Below are positions 53,153 to 64,000 of a stretch of DNA of 64,000 nucleotides, in pieces. Below the pieces are notes generated by a model. That model ran no database searches, was not told where the DNA came from, and saw nothing but the letters and a program-made list of their open reading frames with translations. Both the position numbers and the translations under genes were made by a program. Each line of letters starts with the position of its first letter. The stretch's first letter is position 1. Source of the DNA: Felis catus (lineage: Eukaryota); contig NC_058368.1 of assembly GCF_018350175.1 (NCBI RefSeq), forward strand, positions 59,398,001 to 59,462,000, read 5' to 3'.

Positions 53153-54814
53153 TGAAAATACTTATGGAGTACATACTCTGGAAAAGATAAATCAGGGAAG
53201 AAGTTGCATGATATGTAGCAAATGACTCTACAAATGTACTCAATAATGTTTACATTCTAAAAAAACTCAAGATCATAAAATTATTTATGGCATACACCAC
53301 ACATTGATATACACACACATAACTAAATTCATGTACATGTATACATACATGCATATAATAACTAAACATTTTATATAGAAAACACAAAAATAGATGAGGT
53401 TTTGAGTGTGTGTATGACATCATGTGCGGACATACAGGAGAAAATAAATAGTTCATATTAGTTCTTAACGTGAATCCCCAATTAGAAGAGTAAAAATTGA
53501 ATATTTTGAATCAAAATAAATGCACAAAAAAAGAAAAAGGAAAAATAAAAACAGGGCAAAATAAATATAATACAGAAAAAAAAGATGCCATATAAAATTC
53601 TAAAATTATGTGAGTAAATGATTGAGTCTGTTTACTATTGTAGAAAGAACACACTACATATTCAAATTCATTATGGTTACATGGTATACTTATCAGAGAC
53701 AAGTAATTTAATGTGATTAGTAATGAGCATGTAGACAGAAGTATGGCTGATTGTTAGGATATTGCAAGTATCCAATAATTAGATAATGAACAATGTATTT
53801 GGGGAGGGGACAAAATATATACTGAAGAAATTTAAAGAGGAATCAACACTACATGGAGACTGAACACAGGCAATACAGTGGAGGGGAGAGTCTAAGTTAT
53901 TCATGTTTCTTCTTTGGACTATGTGACACAATATTAAATACATTGGGGTTAGCAAAAGACAATGGTGAAAGAGGGTGAGAGAGGCAGCAATGAGAAATTA
54001 GAATTTAATGGGGGACACATTGTGAGGCAGACAAATATAGATATCCAATATTAATATTATATTTATGTCTTGATTCCTGAAGAGAGATCACAGCTTATAA
54101 ATCAGATTTTAGAATTGTGGAAGTCAACATTTGTTTGCTCAGATGCATTTGTTTTTAAATATTTGATAGTAGACCCTTATGTTGAGATATTTTCTTCCTG
54201 GAATGCACAGATTCACACTTTCACTTCATACATGTATATGACATCCCAGACCAATTTAATTATTTCTGCCAGAAACTGGGGCAGAAGTGTGGTAAGTCAC
54301 TTAGGAAGATAAAGTTTCTGTTGCTAAAATCCAAGGACTTCCATCCCTTCAAAACTTATAAATCTCTTGTGGTTAAGCTCTTTAATTCTGTAAACTATTT
54401 TCTTTTCTTTTTGTTAGTCATTGTTGATTTCTGTAGCTGGCAAACAGAAAACTCAATAAATTATTGAAATTGGTTTCCAGAAAGCAACCCTATAGGTATT
54501 ATTCCCTCTGGAATATATGATGTGTTTGGAATTAAATGCTGAGCTGCATTTCAGTGAATGGCAATGAACATCGGGTTTATATTTCAAAGTGGTAAAAAAC
54601 AGCTTATTTTAGGAAGTTCAGAATCAGGTGCTCAAGCGATGGCTGTGGTCATGTGGGACCATGAGTTTATTGAAGGAGATGCTCTGAATCAGATAGTTGC
54701 TACCATAGGCTGACTTAAAAGTTAATGTAACTATTGGAGGCACAGTTTAAGAAAGCTGATTTGACATTGATGAAAACACAGTGAGAAATAAATACACTTA
54801 AATATCAAGTAGAG

Positions 54815-55364
54815 GGTCCGGTTCTCAGTTGAAAATCTGTGTTTGGGATTTTTCAGCTCTGACCAATTACAAATGCTTTCCCTGGAAGGCCTTACGGAGA
54901 AATGTTGCCCACTCCAAACCAGACTTGGTGCACAGCCAGTGCCCTTCAGTCTTTGAGGGGAATTTCAGTCTTGAGGCTTCTGGCTAGGCATGTTCTTTGT
55001 ATGTTTGCAATCCTAGGCCAGGCACCTTAATTCCTAGGTCTCTTTATCTGAGGTCTTAGGTGGAAGTCTTCAAGTACTTCTAGAGGACTCCTTAGAAAGG
55101 AGTGGGGAGGGGAGAAACTTGAAGACACTTTGCTCCTTTGTCACTTCCCAGTCCTTTTCTACTTCTAGACCTTATCCCTACTTCAGAGTCCATTAAACTT
55201 CTGAAGTCTTTGGTTCAGTACTCTCTCAACAGTGAGACAATCACCACCTTTGTATCTCCACTGATCAGTCAACCAGTATATTGTTCCATGAGCGAAACAG
55301 ACTAACAGCGAAAACATTCTGTTTTCTCCAGTTTTATTTTTATTTATATTTTTAAAGTTTATTT

Positions 55365-55407
<43 letters not shown>

Positions 55408-55476
55408 ACATGCACAAACATGGGAGAGGTAGAGGGACTTGGGGGAGGGGAGAGAGAGAGAGAGAGAGACTGAGAG

Positions 55477-55527
<51 letters not shown>

Positions 55528-55830
55528 CCCAAGCAGGATCTGTGTTCTCAGCATGAATCCTGATGCGGAGCTCAAACTCAGGAACTATGAGATCATGATC
55601 TGAGCCGAAATCAAGAGTCACTCTTAACTGACTGAGTAACCCAGGCACCCTATACAGGTTTAGACTCTTGATTATGCCATTGCAGTAAGTGCTAAGACTT
55701 AATTCTTTCATTTTTAGCTTGTTTCTTAAATCATGTACTCTCATACCTGGCACACCAGCTCTGTCCCTATAACTCAGCTGACCACCTGAAATCAAGATGC
55801 ACACCACAGACCCAGAATATAACCCAGTGT
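54815..55830 (+). mobile_element. Probable old ERVL-class LTR relic interrupted by a SINE
   Basis: GC-richer block with ggttctcagttgaa, CCAAT-like gaccaatt and aaaacattctgttttctcca; family not determined, boundaries approximate. Confidence 0.35.
55332..55650 (-). mobile_element. CanSINE with two greatly expanded (GA)n tracts
   Basis: gaatcccaagcagg...gatcatgatctgagccgaaatcaagagt...ccaggcaccc. Confidence 0.93.
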
Positions 55831-56615
55831 TTTTCCCTATTGGCACTGAAAAATTCTATTTTTTATTGTGACTCTAAAAATGAGATGATTTTTTTGGCAA
55901 ACTGGATCGTTGATTTTGTAAGTTGCTGCATTATAATGTCAGTTGAATTTACAATCAGCTGTGCCACTGTGTGTGAACTTGAAGGCACTGATCGATAAAG
56001 AATGGGATAAGAAACATTAGAAGGCTGCTGTCATAATGGATATGAAAAGCTTGGAGAAATGTCTCCACTGTGGAAGCCTTGTCCGACAAAGCCATTTTCT
56101 TTAGCAAAGGAAAGTAAATGAAGTTCAAATTCCCTCTCTAGTAATAATTTCATAAAAATTTACTGGGAAACCAGGATAAATGCTGTATGGTCCTATGAGG
56201 CTTGGAGGTAAAAATTTGGAAGAGCAAAGAGAAGGGTTTAACTCATAGAGCATGTACAAATTTAGAATTTTATAAGAAATCTTGCATATGTATACATTTA
56301 CTTTGCAAAAGTAGACAAAATTATTGATATGAGCTTGCTCACTAGGAGATTTACATACAGAGTTCTGAATTGGAGGATATATTCCCTTTAAAATTGTTTT
56401 GGTTTGTTTTGGATTTATATGCTGCGTTCTGTAAGAAAAAGATACAGAATTGAAAAATCCTTTGACATATTAAAAAGGCATTCAGAGATTCTAGGATAAT
56501 AAATATTTAGATTGGATCTATTACAGGCATGTAGCCTATGGATCCTCTCACTGTGTCTCCCTCAAATTCTGGGCAACTAGTTTTTCCTTGTTCATGATGT
56601 TGAAGAAAATCAGAA

Positions 56616-56839
56616 TTTTTTTTGTTTAAAATACTTTTAATATTTATTTATTTTGAGAGGGAGAGAGAGAGAGAAAGAAGAGAGAGAGAGAGAGAGAGAG
56701 AGCAAGCAGGGGAGGGGCAGAGAGAGAGGAAGAGAGAGAATTCCAAGCAGGCTCTGTGCTGGTGGAATTCGGGGCTCAAACTCACAAACTGTGAGGTCAA
56801 GACCTGAGCCAGAATCAAGAGTTGGATGCCCAGGTGCCC
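56616..56839 (-). mobile_element. CanSINE with internal deletions
   Basis: TSD aagaaaatcag at 56603-56613 and 56841-56851. Confidence 0.9.
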
Positions 56840-57224
56840 AAAGAAAATCAGCATTGTTGAAAAGTGACAGCATCAGCAAACTAGAAGCGCTAGCATGAAA
56901 GGCTATAATAAAAATGGAAATACAGTTGTAGTGAAAATCAAGATAAATTTGGATAACCATATTCCAGTGAATAAATATGATATATATAATCACGTAAGAG
57001 GAAACATTTAATCAGACATCAAGAAGCAACAAAACAGGTCAATCATATTTTTTATAGATTGCTACCTGTGCCTACTTACTTTATTTAGGTAAAATATAAA
57101 AGTCAACAAACACATTGAAACAATCCCCATCTCACCAAACCTAGTAAAAATAGGGCATGTTTTACTTTACTCTTCACTGAGTAAGAAATTATATTCTTTC
57201 ACCTGATTGCAGACATAGAGATGT

Positions 57225-57341
57225 CAGTGGTAGCAGTTGTGGTGGTGGTGGTGGTAGTAGTAGTAGTAGTGGCAGCAGCAACAGAAATAGCAATACTAAC
57301 ATCTCTAGCAGTAGTAGTAGTAGCAGCAGCAGCAGCAGCAG
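57225..57341. repeat. Compound trinucleotide repeat (TGG)n(TAG)n(CAG)n
   Basis: Direct reading. Confidence 0.9.
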
Positions 57342-57631
57342 AAAGAACTGGGATAAATTAAAAATATTGTAGTACCCTTGAAGAAGCATGTTATACCATC
57401 TTGCATGATACTGCATGTTAAGGGAAATTATAGATGTTATCACCACTGACAAAAACATCAAGGATGTCACTCATCCCCAACACATTATAATATAATTTGC
57501 CATGTTGGAAAAAGATAATAAAATGTGTCAATATAAGTTTTATTGGGTGTGTATTTCAATTACACTTGCTTTATCAGATGTGGTCTCTTTGAGAAAATAA
57601 ATACAGTTCTTTGTATTTGGAATAAGACTTT

Positions 57632-57848
57632 TTTTTATTTTTTTTAACGTTTATTTATTTTTGAGACATAGAGAGACAGAGCATGAACGGGGGAGGGTCA
57701 CAGAGAGAGGGAGACATAGAATCTGAAACAGGCTCCAGGCTCTGAGCTGTCAGCACAGAGCCCAACGCGGGGCTCGAACCCACAGACCGTGAGATCATGA
57801 CCTGAGCTGAAGTCGGACGCTTAACCGACCGAGCCACCCAGGCGCCCC
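57632..57848 (-). mobile_element. CanSINE
   Basis: TSD tggaataagactt at 57619-57631 and 57849-57861. Confidence 0.96.
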
Positions 57849-58074
57849 TGGAATAAGACTTCTGATTTTCCAAATGCATTTTCTCAATTATAATACAAGG
57901 ATTAGATGAGAAATAAAAATCTTTAAGATGTAAAAATACATGCCAATTTTTTTCTGAGTTTCTAAAAGAAAAAGAAGGTATTACCAGGTCATTGTTTACT
58001 ACAAGTACACACACAATTATAAAATATAATTATTCTTTGAGTTATGCATCATATAGCCCAAATAATACATGCAT

Positions 58075-58180
58075 ATAATAACATATAATAATATATAATA
58101 TAATGTAATGTAGTATAATATATAATATAATATAATATAATATAATATAATATAATATAATATAATATAATATAATATAT
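58075..58180. repeat. (TATAA)n pentanucleotide repeat
   Basis: Direct reading. Confidence 0.93.
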
Positions 58181-58199
58181 ACATAAAATGCATAAACTA

Positions 58200-59590
58200 C
58201 AGGAAAAATACCTCTCTCCTGGGACCAATCTATACTGCATGGCCTTCCACACTTTCAAGAATGAGACACTCATTCTCCCAGATTCTGGAGTTGTGGTGAA
58301 TGTTGACTTTTAGCTAGTCTGAGAGTCAAAGAGAGAGGGAGATGCCTCATCTGATGTCATCACTCTCCAGGGCTGCTAGAATCCAATGGCTGGTCTATAT
58401 GGAGGAATAGAGGCTGAATGTGGTTGCCTCAAGACAGGCAATTCTGAAAGTTGTTCAAAATTTACTGTGAGCTTGGCTGGCATCTCTGTTGCAACTGTGC
58501 TATAGTGTTCTCACCCCATTCAGTCCTTCTTCCACCACTGCCAATCATTTCCTGATACCAACAGTTGACTCAGTGAACTACCTGGATGCAAATCTTCATC
58601 TCAGAGTCTTCGTACGGAAATTCTGACCCAAGACCTTTGGTGCCAGAAGTGATCTGAGGAAGCACTCTAAAGAAAAGGATTTTGGAATTGAACTATCCAC
58701 TGGCTGGCTAGCATTGATAGTAGATGAAACATGAAAAGTCTCAGGAACGTTGTAATGCCTCGATATTTTATTGAGACATCAAAGAAAGGGAATGTACTGA
58801 CAAGTACCATGGATTAACATTTGAGAAGGTTTTTTGAAGTTGTAAGGATATTGCATGATTGCCGCTGGGGAAAATTTACATACTGGAATAAAACAATGAG
58901 ATACATTCATCAACAACTGGAAGTCAGAGAAATTTCTTGACTCTTCACCTCCCATGATCAGCGGTCAGAGAGGATCAGGTTCAAAATTTATTTTAAAGTG
59001 TAGTAGAATACTCTCCGGTTCCATCCACGTTGCTACAAAAGGCCATATTTCATTCTTTCTCATTGCCATGTAGTATTCCATTGTGTATATAAACCACAAT
59101 TTCTTTATCCATTCATCAGTTGATGGGCATTTAGGCTCTTTCCATACTTTGGCTGTTGTTGAAAGTGCTGCTATAAACATTGGGGTACAAGTGCCCCTAT
59201 GCATTAGCACTCCTGTATCCCTTGGGTAAATTCCTAGCAGTGCTATTGCTGGATCATAGAGTAGACCTATTTTTAATTTTTTGAGGAACCTCCACACTGT
59301 TTTCCAGAGTGGCTGCACCAGTTTGCATTCCCACCAACAGCGCAAGAGGGCTCCCGTTTCTCCACATTCTCTCCAGCATGCATAGTCTCCTGATTTGTTC
59401 ATTTTAGCCACTCTGATTGGAGTGAGGTGGTATCTGAGTGTGGAAACCAATTTGACAATAAATTTCATATTAAAAAAAATAAAGCATAGCAGAGCTCCAA
59501 AATAGGGTGGCTTCTCAACCTTAAAGTTCTATGCCAAAGTCAGAGACCTGATTGGGGATAGATTGGTTCCTGATACATGGGATGCTGGGA
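58200..59590 (+). mobile_element. Ancient ERVL provirus remnant: LTR16-like 5'LTR (to ~58634), primer binding site (PBS) and start of the internal region, interrupted by an L1
   Basis: LTR end atgcaaatcttcatctcagagtc...ctgacccaagac, followed by tggtgccagaagtg (58638-58651, tRNA-Leu-type PBS); ERVL-like gattggggatagattggttcctgatacatggg downstream. Confidence 0.7.
59008..59480. mobile_element. Short 5'-inverted felid L1 insertion (antisense 59008-59443, sense 59441-59480)
   Basis: Minus-strand ORF 58965-59468 carries the L1 ORF2 C-terminus (HLTPIRVA...[22 protein letters not shown]); sense tail tggaaaccaatttgacaataaatttcatatt plus A-run; TSD aaagtgtagtaga / aaagcatagcaga. Confidence 0.93.
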
Positions 59591-60119
59591 TAAGTAATCT
59601 CTCTTTCATCTCTCATTTACTGTGTCCTGAAAGAGAGATATTTGGCATAGATATGTGGTCATGTCATTTAGAGTAAACAACAGTGCCTTTGCCACAACTG
59701 CATGTACTCTTTTATACTACTTATCACTTCAGCAATTTTTGAGCAAATTGAATGCTCCACCCCAATACACTTTGAAAACCCAGTTGCTTCTGAGTTTCTT
59801 GAACTCTCTAAATTAGCTATTAAACCAAAAGCTATATGGTGCTGTTTATCAGAAAAATATTTCTGTAGAACAATGGGCAGAATTTGTTGAAATGGACTCA
59901 GTAGTGTGCCATGACCTCAATTTAATCTCTCTCTGTTCTTTTTAAGTATAACATTTATGAACTATGGGTAAACAGTATTGTTTGTTTTTGTATTTGTGAT
60001 TTTAGTTTATTTGTTTCAATCAAAGCATTCATAATTATTTTACTTATTACTAATATTGACTGACCCCTTGAGAACATTTTCATTAACTTTGTCTCTGTGC
60101 TTTAGTATTTCCTATCTCT

Positions 60120-60262
60120 TCTTACTCTGGTTTGGAGCTTGAGTTCTGGAGTCAGAAGGCCTGGATTCAAATAATAGGTCTGCTATTTTAAATAATTGTG
60201 TGGAGGAGAGAGATGTACACTCTGTGCTTTGTTTTCATCATGCATAAAGTTAAGATAATAAA
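60120..60262 (+). mobile_element. MIR fragment
   Basis: ttctggagtcagaaggcctggattcaaat...ctctgtgctttgttttcatcatgcataaa. Confidence 0.65.
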
Positions 60263-60319
60263 ATATATGTGTGTAAACTCTTTTTAGTTTTTAGTGGTGG
60301 TATTGATCTTTCTCTCTCT

Positions 60320-60528
60320 CTTTTAAAGTTTATTTAGTTTGATAGAGAGTGTGTGTGCACGAGTCAGGAAGGAGCAGAGAGAGAGAGAAAGGAAAGAGAG
60401 AATCCCAAGCAGGATCCATGCTATCAACCTTTAGCCTGACAGGGGGCTCGATCCCGTGAACCGTGAGCTCATGACCTGAGCCTAACCATGAGTCAGATGC
60501 TTAACCAGCTGAACCACCTGGGTGCCCT
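60320..60528 (-). mobile_element. CanSINE
   Basis: SINE body; atctttctct on both sides. Confidence 0.9.
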
Positions 60529-60742
60529 GAATCTTTCTCTTTCTACAACTTTGAATGTTTAAAAAAGAATATAAAGAAATTATAGATTTTTATTTTCATA
60601 TTGCAGTGGGAAAATGATAAGTTAATATTTATATGTGTTATGTTAATTGTGTGTCTGCATAATCAGACAGGTAGTGCAATATTCTCATTTACAAAGTCAG
60701 AATTTTTATTTATATCTTATTTTGGGATAGTTGGCATTTAAA

Positions 60743-60953
60743 TTTTTTTTTTTAAGTTTGTTTACTTATTTATTTATTTAATTAATTTATTTTGAGGTGG
60801 GGAGGGGCAGAGAGAGAAAAGAGAGAATCCCAAGCAGGCTCTGCACTGCCATTGCAGAGCCCGACACAGGGCTTGAATTGTCGAACAATGATACTATGAC
60901 CTGAGCTGAAACAAAAAGTCAGGCGCTTAACTGACTGAGCAACTCAAATGCCC
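60743..60953 (-). mobile_element. CanSINE
   Basis: T-rich tail, gaatcccaagcaggctctgcactg...cttaactgactgagc. Confidence 0.9.
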
Positions 60954-60987
60954 ATAAGTCTGTTGTTTTTAATACCGTGTGGTTAAT

Positions 60988-61188
60988 GGGGTGCCTGGGT
61001 GGCTCAGTTGATTAAGCATCCCACTTTGACTCAGGTCATGATCTCACAGTCCTGGGTTTGAGCCCCATGTGGGGCTCTGTATTGACAGCTCAGAGCCTGA
61101 GGACTGCTTCAGATTCTGAATCTCCCTCTACCACTGCCCCTCCCCCGCTTGATTCTCCCTCTCTCTCTCCCTCTCTCTGTCAAATAAA
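60988..61188 (+). mobile_element. CanSINE
   Basis: ggggtgcctgggtggctcagttg...tcaaataaata; degenerate TSD aataccgtgtggttaat / aatatcatatgattagt. Confidence 0.92.
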
Positions 61189-62672
61189 TATGAAAAAAAT
61201 TATTTTTTAAATATCATATGATTAGTACAGCTTCAGTATTTTCAAATATAGAATAACCTGTAGTTTCCTTAAGACTGTGCACTCTACAAATTACAGCAGT
61301 TTTTGCAGGGGTGTTTAAATTTTGTTAAAGAATTCAAATAACCGCTTCATCAATTCCAAACTAAGATGCCTTACTCAAAGTTTCATAAACTTTTCAACTC
61401 TTGATATCATTATTTTTTCCTTCACTTTCACAGTTAAAATAGGAATAAAATGATAGTTATCTTACTGGGCTACTTGTAGGATTAATAAAGAAAAATACAA
61501 CTTAAGAGTTACAGTGCAGACATAAGGTAAATATTTAACAATATTGGATGATATTTTAGATAACTGCATAGATAGAATTAGTAGGTGTGTTCCTTCAAAA
61601 TTTCTGACATTGCTCCATTGTTTTCTGTATTAGATTCTGAAAAAAAAATTGGTGACTATTCAGTTTGTTACTGTCTTTGATCCTTTTTTTTCCCACATGT
61701 GGATAAGATGTTTTTTTCTGTGTTAAATGTAAATATATTTAACTTTCCATTGTTTCCTTGATGATTAATAAGTACTTTCAATACCTATATGATTATAGAT
61801 TATGATATGTGTATATCAGAAAGTGAATTGGTATGCCTGACTTGTTGCATGATTGCCAGTATTTAAAATGTAATCAGTGGAATACTGTAAGTTTGCATTA
61901 AAAAAAAAAACACAGTATATATTAACAGTTTCCATCAGGCATAGTTTCTGTACCCACACATTTCCCTTTCTCAGTTATTTATATACTAGTTTATTTATTG
62001 TATTCAAATTCTGTAAGATGCCTAAATCAGTGTCCTTCTCAATTTACTCATAATCATGTTATCTACTCTTACATTAATTCAATAACGGAGTATATTCTGG
62101 AATGCTTAGTGTATGCCAATTAAATATATATGCTGTCATTTCTGGTAGTTGTAGGGACAGAATCAATACAGGATAGAAGATGCTAGGATGAGGAGACTCA
62201 GTCTGATTTAATACCAGCGCCAGAACAAGACAAAAACACCTTTCTAACTTTCCATTTGTTTTAGATGTTAAGTTTCTGTTCCAGAGAAATATTTTCTGTT
62301 TTATAATTTGTGGTTATAAATTAAAGCTAATGAGCACAGTTTATTCATTTGTGTATATCAAAGTATTTTTGAAGAAAGTCACTGGTCATAAATATGTCTA
62401 TGCACATTGCAGACTCTTTGCTTCCAGGGTTTGTGAATTATAAGTTAAACTATAAAGCTAAGATGGAATATAAATTATATTACCTAAAATCCTATTGTAA
62501 TTTTACTTATATAATGAATACATGGCTGAATATAAAGCAGCTACATTGGAGTCTTTTATCCTTTCTTTTATTCTCCTCCATCCCCCAACCCGGGTTGTCT
62601 GGGATGGTCAAGCTCTAGAATAACTAAAAGAAAAAAAAAAACCCAGGAAATATTACATATTCACCCAACTGA

Positions 62673-62721
62673 ATATATATCATATATCATATATATGTGT
62701 GTGTGTGTGTATATATATATA

Positions 62722-62762
<41 letters not shown>
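62673..62762. repeat. (TA)n/(TG)n compound microsatellite
   Basis: Direct reading. Confidence 0.93.
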
Positions 62763-62765
<3 letters not shown>

Positions 62766-63499
62766 TTCATGATTTCAGTTACAAAACCATTGACATCAGC
62801 CTTTTGACACCAGTCTGTAAAACACAATCATAACAGCAAATCTATCTGATCTGTGTTAACTAGGTTTCTCTTGGCACTAGCATTATATGATGCTCCTAAA
62901 TCTTTTGATTAGTATTGACTTGTCTCTGAGATGTGTGTCAACTTCTGTAAGCTTCTAGGGCTGCACACCTTATTTTAATCAGGGCTTAGCATTAATCTTT
63001 ATGAATGATAAAACGTGTGCCATTGGAAAATAAATTGATTTAAGCGCATGCCAACTTTTAGGTACTACACAAAACACTTAAGACCTTCATCCTGCCTTTG
63101 AAATATGGCATTATTCTCCACATGTATACTTCGCTGTTTTAAGATACTTTTCATATTAATTAAAATAATGGTAAAAGACTTTTCATTAACGTTTTGGGTG
63201 TGGGATTGATATTTTTTTCAGAGAAAACACAGAGGCATATTAGAATAAGTGTTTGAACTTTTGATTACAATTTTATTTTTTCGCAGATTTTGAATTGAAG
63301 CCTACACACTTTCATTTTTCATAATCCTAGAACACTCTAAGGAGAAATATTAATTAATTGTCCTTATATGCAGGTATACATAGAAGATGAAATACAATTA
63401 TAATTGGCAGAAATGAAATTTTTTTAGCTTTTCAGTTTTCTTTAAAAAATGAACTAAATTAAGAGGGTTATGAGATAGAAATTATGTTTGTGGAAATCA

Positions 63500-63920
63500 A
63501 AATTCAGTGTTAAAAATAATAGATCTTAAAAACAAGTAATTTCTCATCAAAGATGAAATTCTCATAAAGTCTGGAGCAATTATTGAAGTTTTTGATATGA
63601 GAGACCCAGGGCCCTTCTTTCTTCTCAGCCATCCATTGTATATCTAATGGCCTTATCTTCACTAGATAGGTACAGCTCTGTAAGTATCAGACCCATGTTC
63701 CAAGCAAAAGTAATGACAAGATTAAAGGGCACACAACACACACTAGTGAGCCTGCTAACATTGCAAGTGTTATACTAGAATCAGCACAAAAATTTTTACA
63801 TGTCTAGCCCCAATGAACTTATGGTATGCAGTATTCCATCTGGAAAATTTTTAAGTATACATAAACTAGATTTTGTTAATAAGGCAGAGGAAGGTAATGG
63901 ATATTAAGAAAGTAATAATC
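63500..63920 (-). mobile_element. Degenerate MaLR LTR (MLT1-like)
   Basis: acccagggcccttctttcttctcagccatcc, catgttccaagcaaaag, ttttgttaataaggcagaggaaggtaatggatatt; boundaries approximate. Confidence 0.5.
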
Positions 63921-64000
63921 AAAACATGTCAAAATGTGAGAGAGACCGTATGATAGATATAATTCATCAAAAAAATCCTATGGATTAATGGAGCTGACAT

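Noticed and set aside
57189..57470. Poly-Leu ORF resembling a signal peptide or membrane protein
   Set aside because: Explained entirely by the trinucleotide repeat; no supporting gene structure.
628..58014. Many 60-160 aa ORFs sharing motifs such as SAQVMIS, EPGACFRFCVSLSLCPSP and ERERER
   Set aside because: They are translations of CanSINE bodies and (CT)/(GA) tracts, not a protein family.
611..61188. SINE strand skew (18 minus versus 9 plus by my count) as evidence of a host gene orientation
   Set aside because: The sample is small, and the two longest L1s and the retrocopy are on plus, so the signals conflict.
1..64000. Prokaryotic-type systems (CRISPR arrays, operons, defence islands) or any intact multi-exon gene
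   Set aside because: The sequence is mammalian and repeat-rich. All short periodic repeats are microsatellites without unique spacers, and I could not assemble any exon chain encoding a recognisable protein.

Overview
AT-rich, repeat-dense mammalian DNA, almost certainly from a felid (cat-type CanSINEs and carnivore L1s). It is intergenic or deep-intronic, and I found no intact protein-coding gene. Contents: an intronless, disabled CHCHD4 (Mia40) retrocopy (~7681-9033, +); a full-length dead L1 with target-site duplication (TSD) and two nested young SINEs (10376-17367, +); a second near-full-length dead L1 missing its 3' tail (39096-45295, +); several truncated L1s, one 5'-inverted; about 27 CanSINEs; ERVL/MaLR LTR relics; a MER58-like DNA transposon; MIR/L2 relics; and many microsatellites. 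Nearly all ORFs in the supplied track come from SINEs, L1s or chance. I see no convincing new biological system. The best leads are a possible 33-aa CHCHD4 N-terminal micropeptide ORF, a SINE+L1 composite inside one TSD, a twin-primed L1 within an ERVL, and repeated templated-insertion scars. Subfamily names and comparisons to consensus or human sequences are from memory, not database searches.
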